Shown here one piece after another: positions 62,660 to 64,000 of a stretch of DNA of 64,000 nt; position 1 is the first letter of the stretch; each line of letters begins with the position of its first letter. Under the pieces are notes generated by a model that did no database searches, was not told where the DNA came from, and was given only the letters and a program-made list of their open reading frames with translations. Origin of the DNA: Glaucostegus cemiculus (lineage: Eukaryota); NCBI GenBank assembly GCA_976551045.1, contig CDPCPM010000043.1, positions 9,362,001-9,426,000 on the forward strand. Reading direction: 5' to 3'. The translations under genes were made by a program, and so were the position numbers.

Positions 62660-63575
62660 AACGTGCGGTGGAGCAGTTAATTGGGAAGGCAAATGGTAAA
62701 ATGGCCTTCATAGATAGAAGGGTTAAGTACAAAAGTAGACATGTACATAAGGAATATCCCATTCAGACCCTCATGCCTCTCCACCAGTCAATAAAATCAC
62801 AGCTGATCTCCCACAACGCCATTTTCCTTCGTTATCCCCAAATCCCTTGTCTCCTCTGATATCTAATTTGAATGCCATTAATGATTGAGACTCCACGGGT
62901 CTCAGAGGTAGACAATTCAAAATCTATGCTGGAAGTCAAACCCTGGCTTGCTTGTTTAAGAGACAAGCACTTTAACCAACTAAGCCACAGAGGTAGTAAA
63001 GATGTCTTACTACAATTGTAAAGGGTCTTGGTGAAACTACACCTGTTGGACTATATGCAAATTTGGTTCCCTTGCCTAAAGAAGATATAGTTACTATGGA
63101 GGGAATGCAGTGAATCTTCATCAGACTGGTTCATGGGATGGCAGGTCAGTTACACAAAGTAGGTTAGGCCTTTATTTTCTAGAGTTTAGAAGAATGAGAA
63201 GTGACTTCATTGAAATACACAAAACACTTAAGCTGTTTCAAAAGGATAGGTACTTGCGCCCCAGCTAAGGGATCTAGAACTGGGAAAAAATAAAGGACTC
63301 AGTTTTAAAATGAGAATTAAGCCATTTAGGATTGAAACTGGGTAAAATTTCTTCCAACAAACATGTATGTAAACGGTGGCAGTGCCATCCCAGGGATCTG
63401 TGAAGGGCCAGTCATTGATTGTGTTCAAAACAGATATCAATAGGTTTCTAAATATTAAAATGATTAAGGAACGTGAGGTTAGAGAAGGAAAATATTGTCT
63501 GAGGTGGAAGATCAACCACGATCTTGTTTGATGGTGGAACAGGCCTGAGAGGCTAAAAGGCCCACTCTTGCACTT
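62660..63575 (+). mobile_element. Degenerate CR1-type LINE fragments with internal insertions
   Basis: KANGKMAFI; LYKxLVxLHL-like; LGLYSLEFRRMRSD-like; 3' tail. Confidence 0.6.
62921..62994 (-). pseudogene. tRNA-Thr-derived pseudogene
   Basis: ACCTCTGTGGCTTAGTTGGTTAAAGTGCTTGTCTCTTAAACAAGCAAGCCAGGGTTTGACTTCCAGCATAGATT follows the vertebrate tRNA-Thr (AGT/CGT) pattern GGC.CYGTGGCTTAGTTGGTTAAAGCGCCTGTCT.GTAAACAGG. Acceptor and T stems are broken. Confidence 0.7.
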
Positions 63576-64000
63576 ACTTCAAACACTCTATCACAACCAT
63601 AGAACATCCCAAAGTGTTCAACAATCAACTTTCACACACAATCACTTCTGTAATGTTGAAACTCAGCAGGTAAATTTCACACAGCAAGATCTCACAATCA
63701 ATGAAATTTCATCTAATATTAAGTGAGGGATAAATATCAACCAGGACACTAGGCCAACTTCCCTGCCATTTCTTCAAAACAGAGGTAAGTATCTATTAAT
63801 CCATCTGAGAGGGCCAATAGAGGCTGGGGTTCGTACATTCATCATAACATAGCACTTCCAAGAGCAAAGGAGTTCATCCAGAGTGCATTGAACAGCTGGT
63901 CTGCATTACTGCTCTAGTGTTTGAAGTTGAACTTGGATCCACAACTTTCTGTTTCAGAGGCAAGACTGATACTTCTGAGCTAAGGCTTGGGAAGAGTGAA

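Noticed and set aside
62921-62994. Functional tRNA-Lys(CTT) or tRNA-Thr
   Set aside because: The acceptor stem has two mismatches and the T-loop/B-box is mutated (TTTGACT).
1-64000. CRISPR arrays, operons, rRNA or prokaryotic defence systems
   Set aside because: This is intron-rich vertebrate DNA with no regularly spaced repeats, long ORFs or rRNA-like sequence.

Overview
Vertebrate genomic DNA. The CR1, Rex1, Penelope, V-SINE and Deu-SINE-like repeat content suggests a cartilaginous fish (inference). Two multi-exon genes converge tail-to-tail. On +, a type II cation/H+ exchanger (CAX, Vnx1-like) has 18 traceable coding exons from 5282 to the stop at 30142, about 683 aa, with the first exon apparently outside the window. 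On -, a complete 10-exon KLHDC10 runs from the ATG at 62166 to the stop at 35740 (410 aa), with a CpG-rich CCAAT promoter at about 61.9-62.5 kb. All exons were joined by hand with consistent phases. Notable details: a U12-type (minor spliceosome) intron in CAX whose donor overlaps an out-of-frame consensus U2 donor; a GC-AG intron and an alternative in-frame donor in KLHDC10; a skippable CAX exon carrying an acidic dileucine sorting motif; Penelope-derived inverted repeats with decayed hammerhead-ribozyme cores; TA-flanked MITEs; and a tRNA-Thr-derived pseudogene. I found no evidence of a wholly new multi-gene system. The best leads are splicing and regulatory features.
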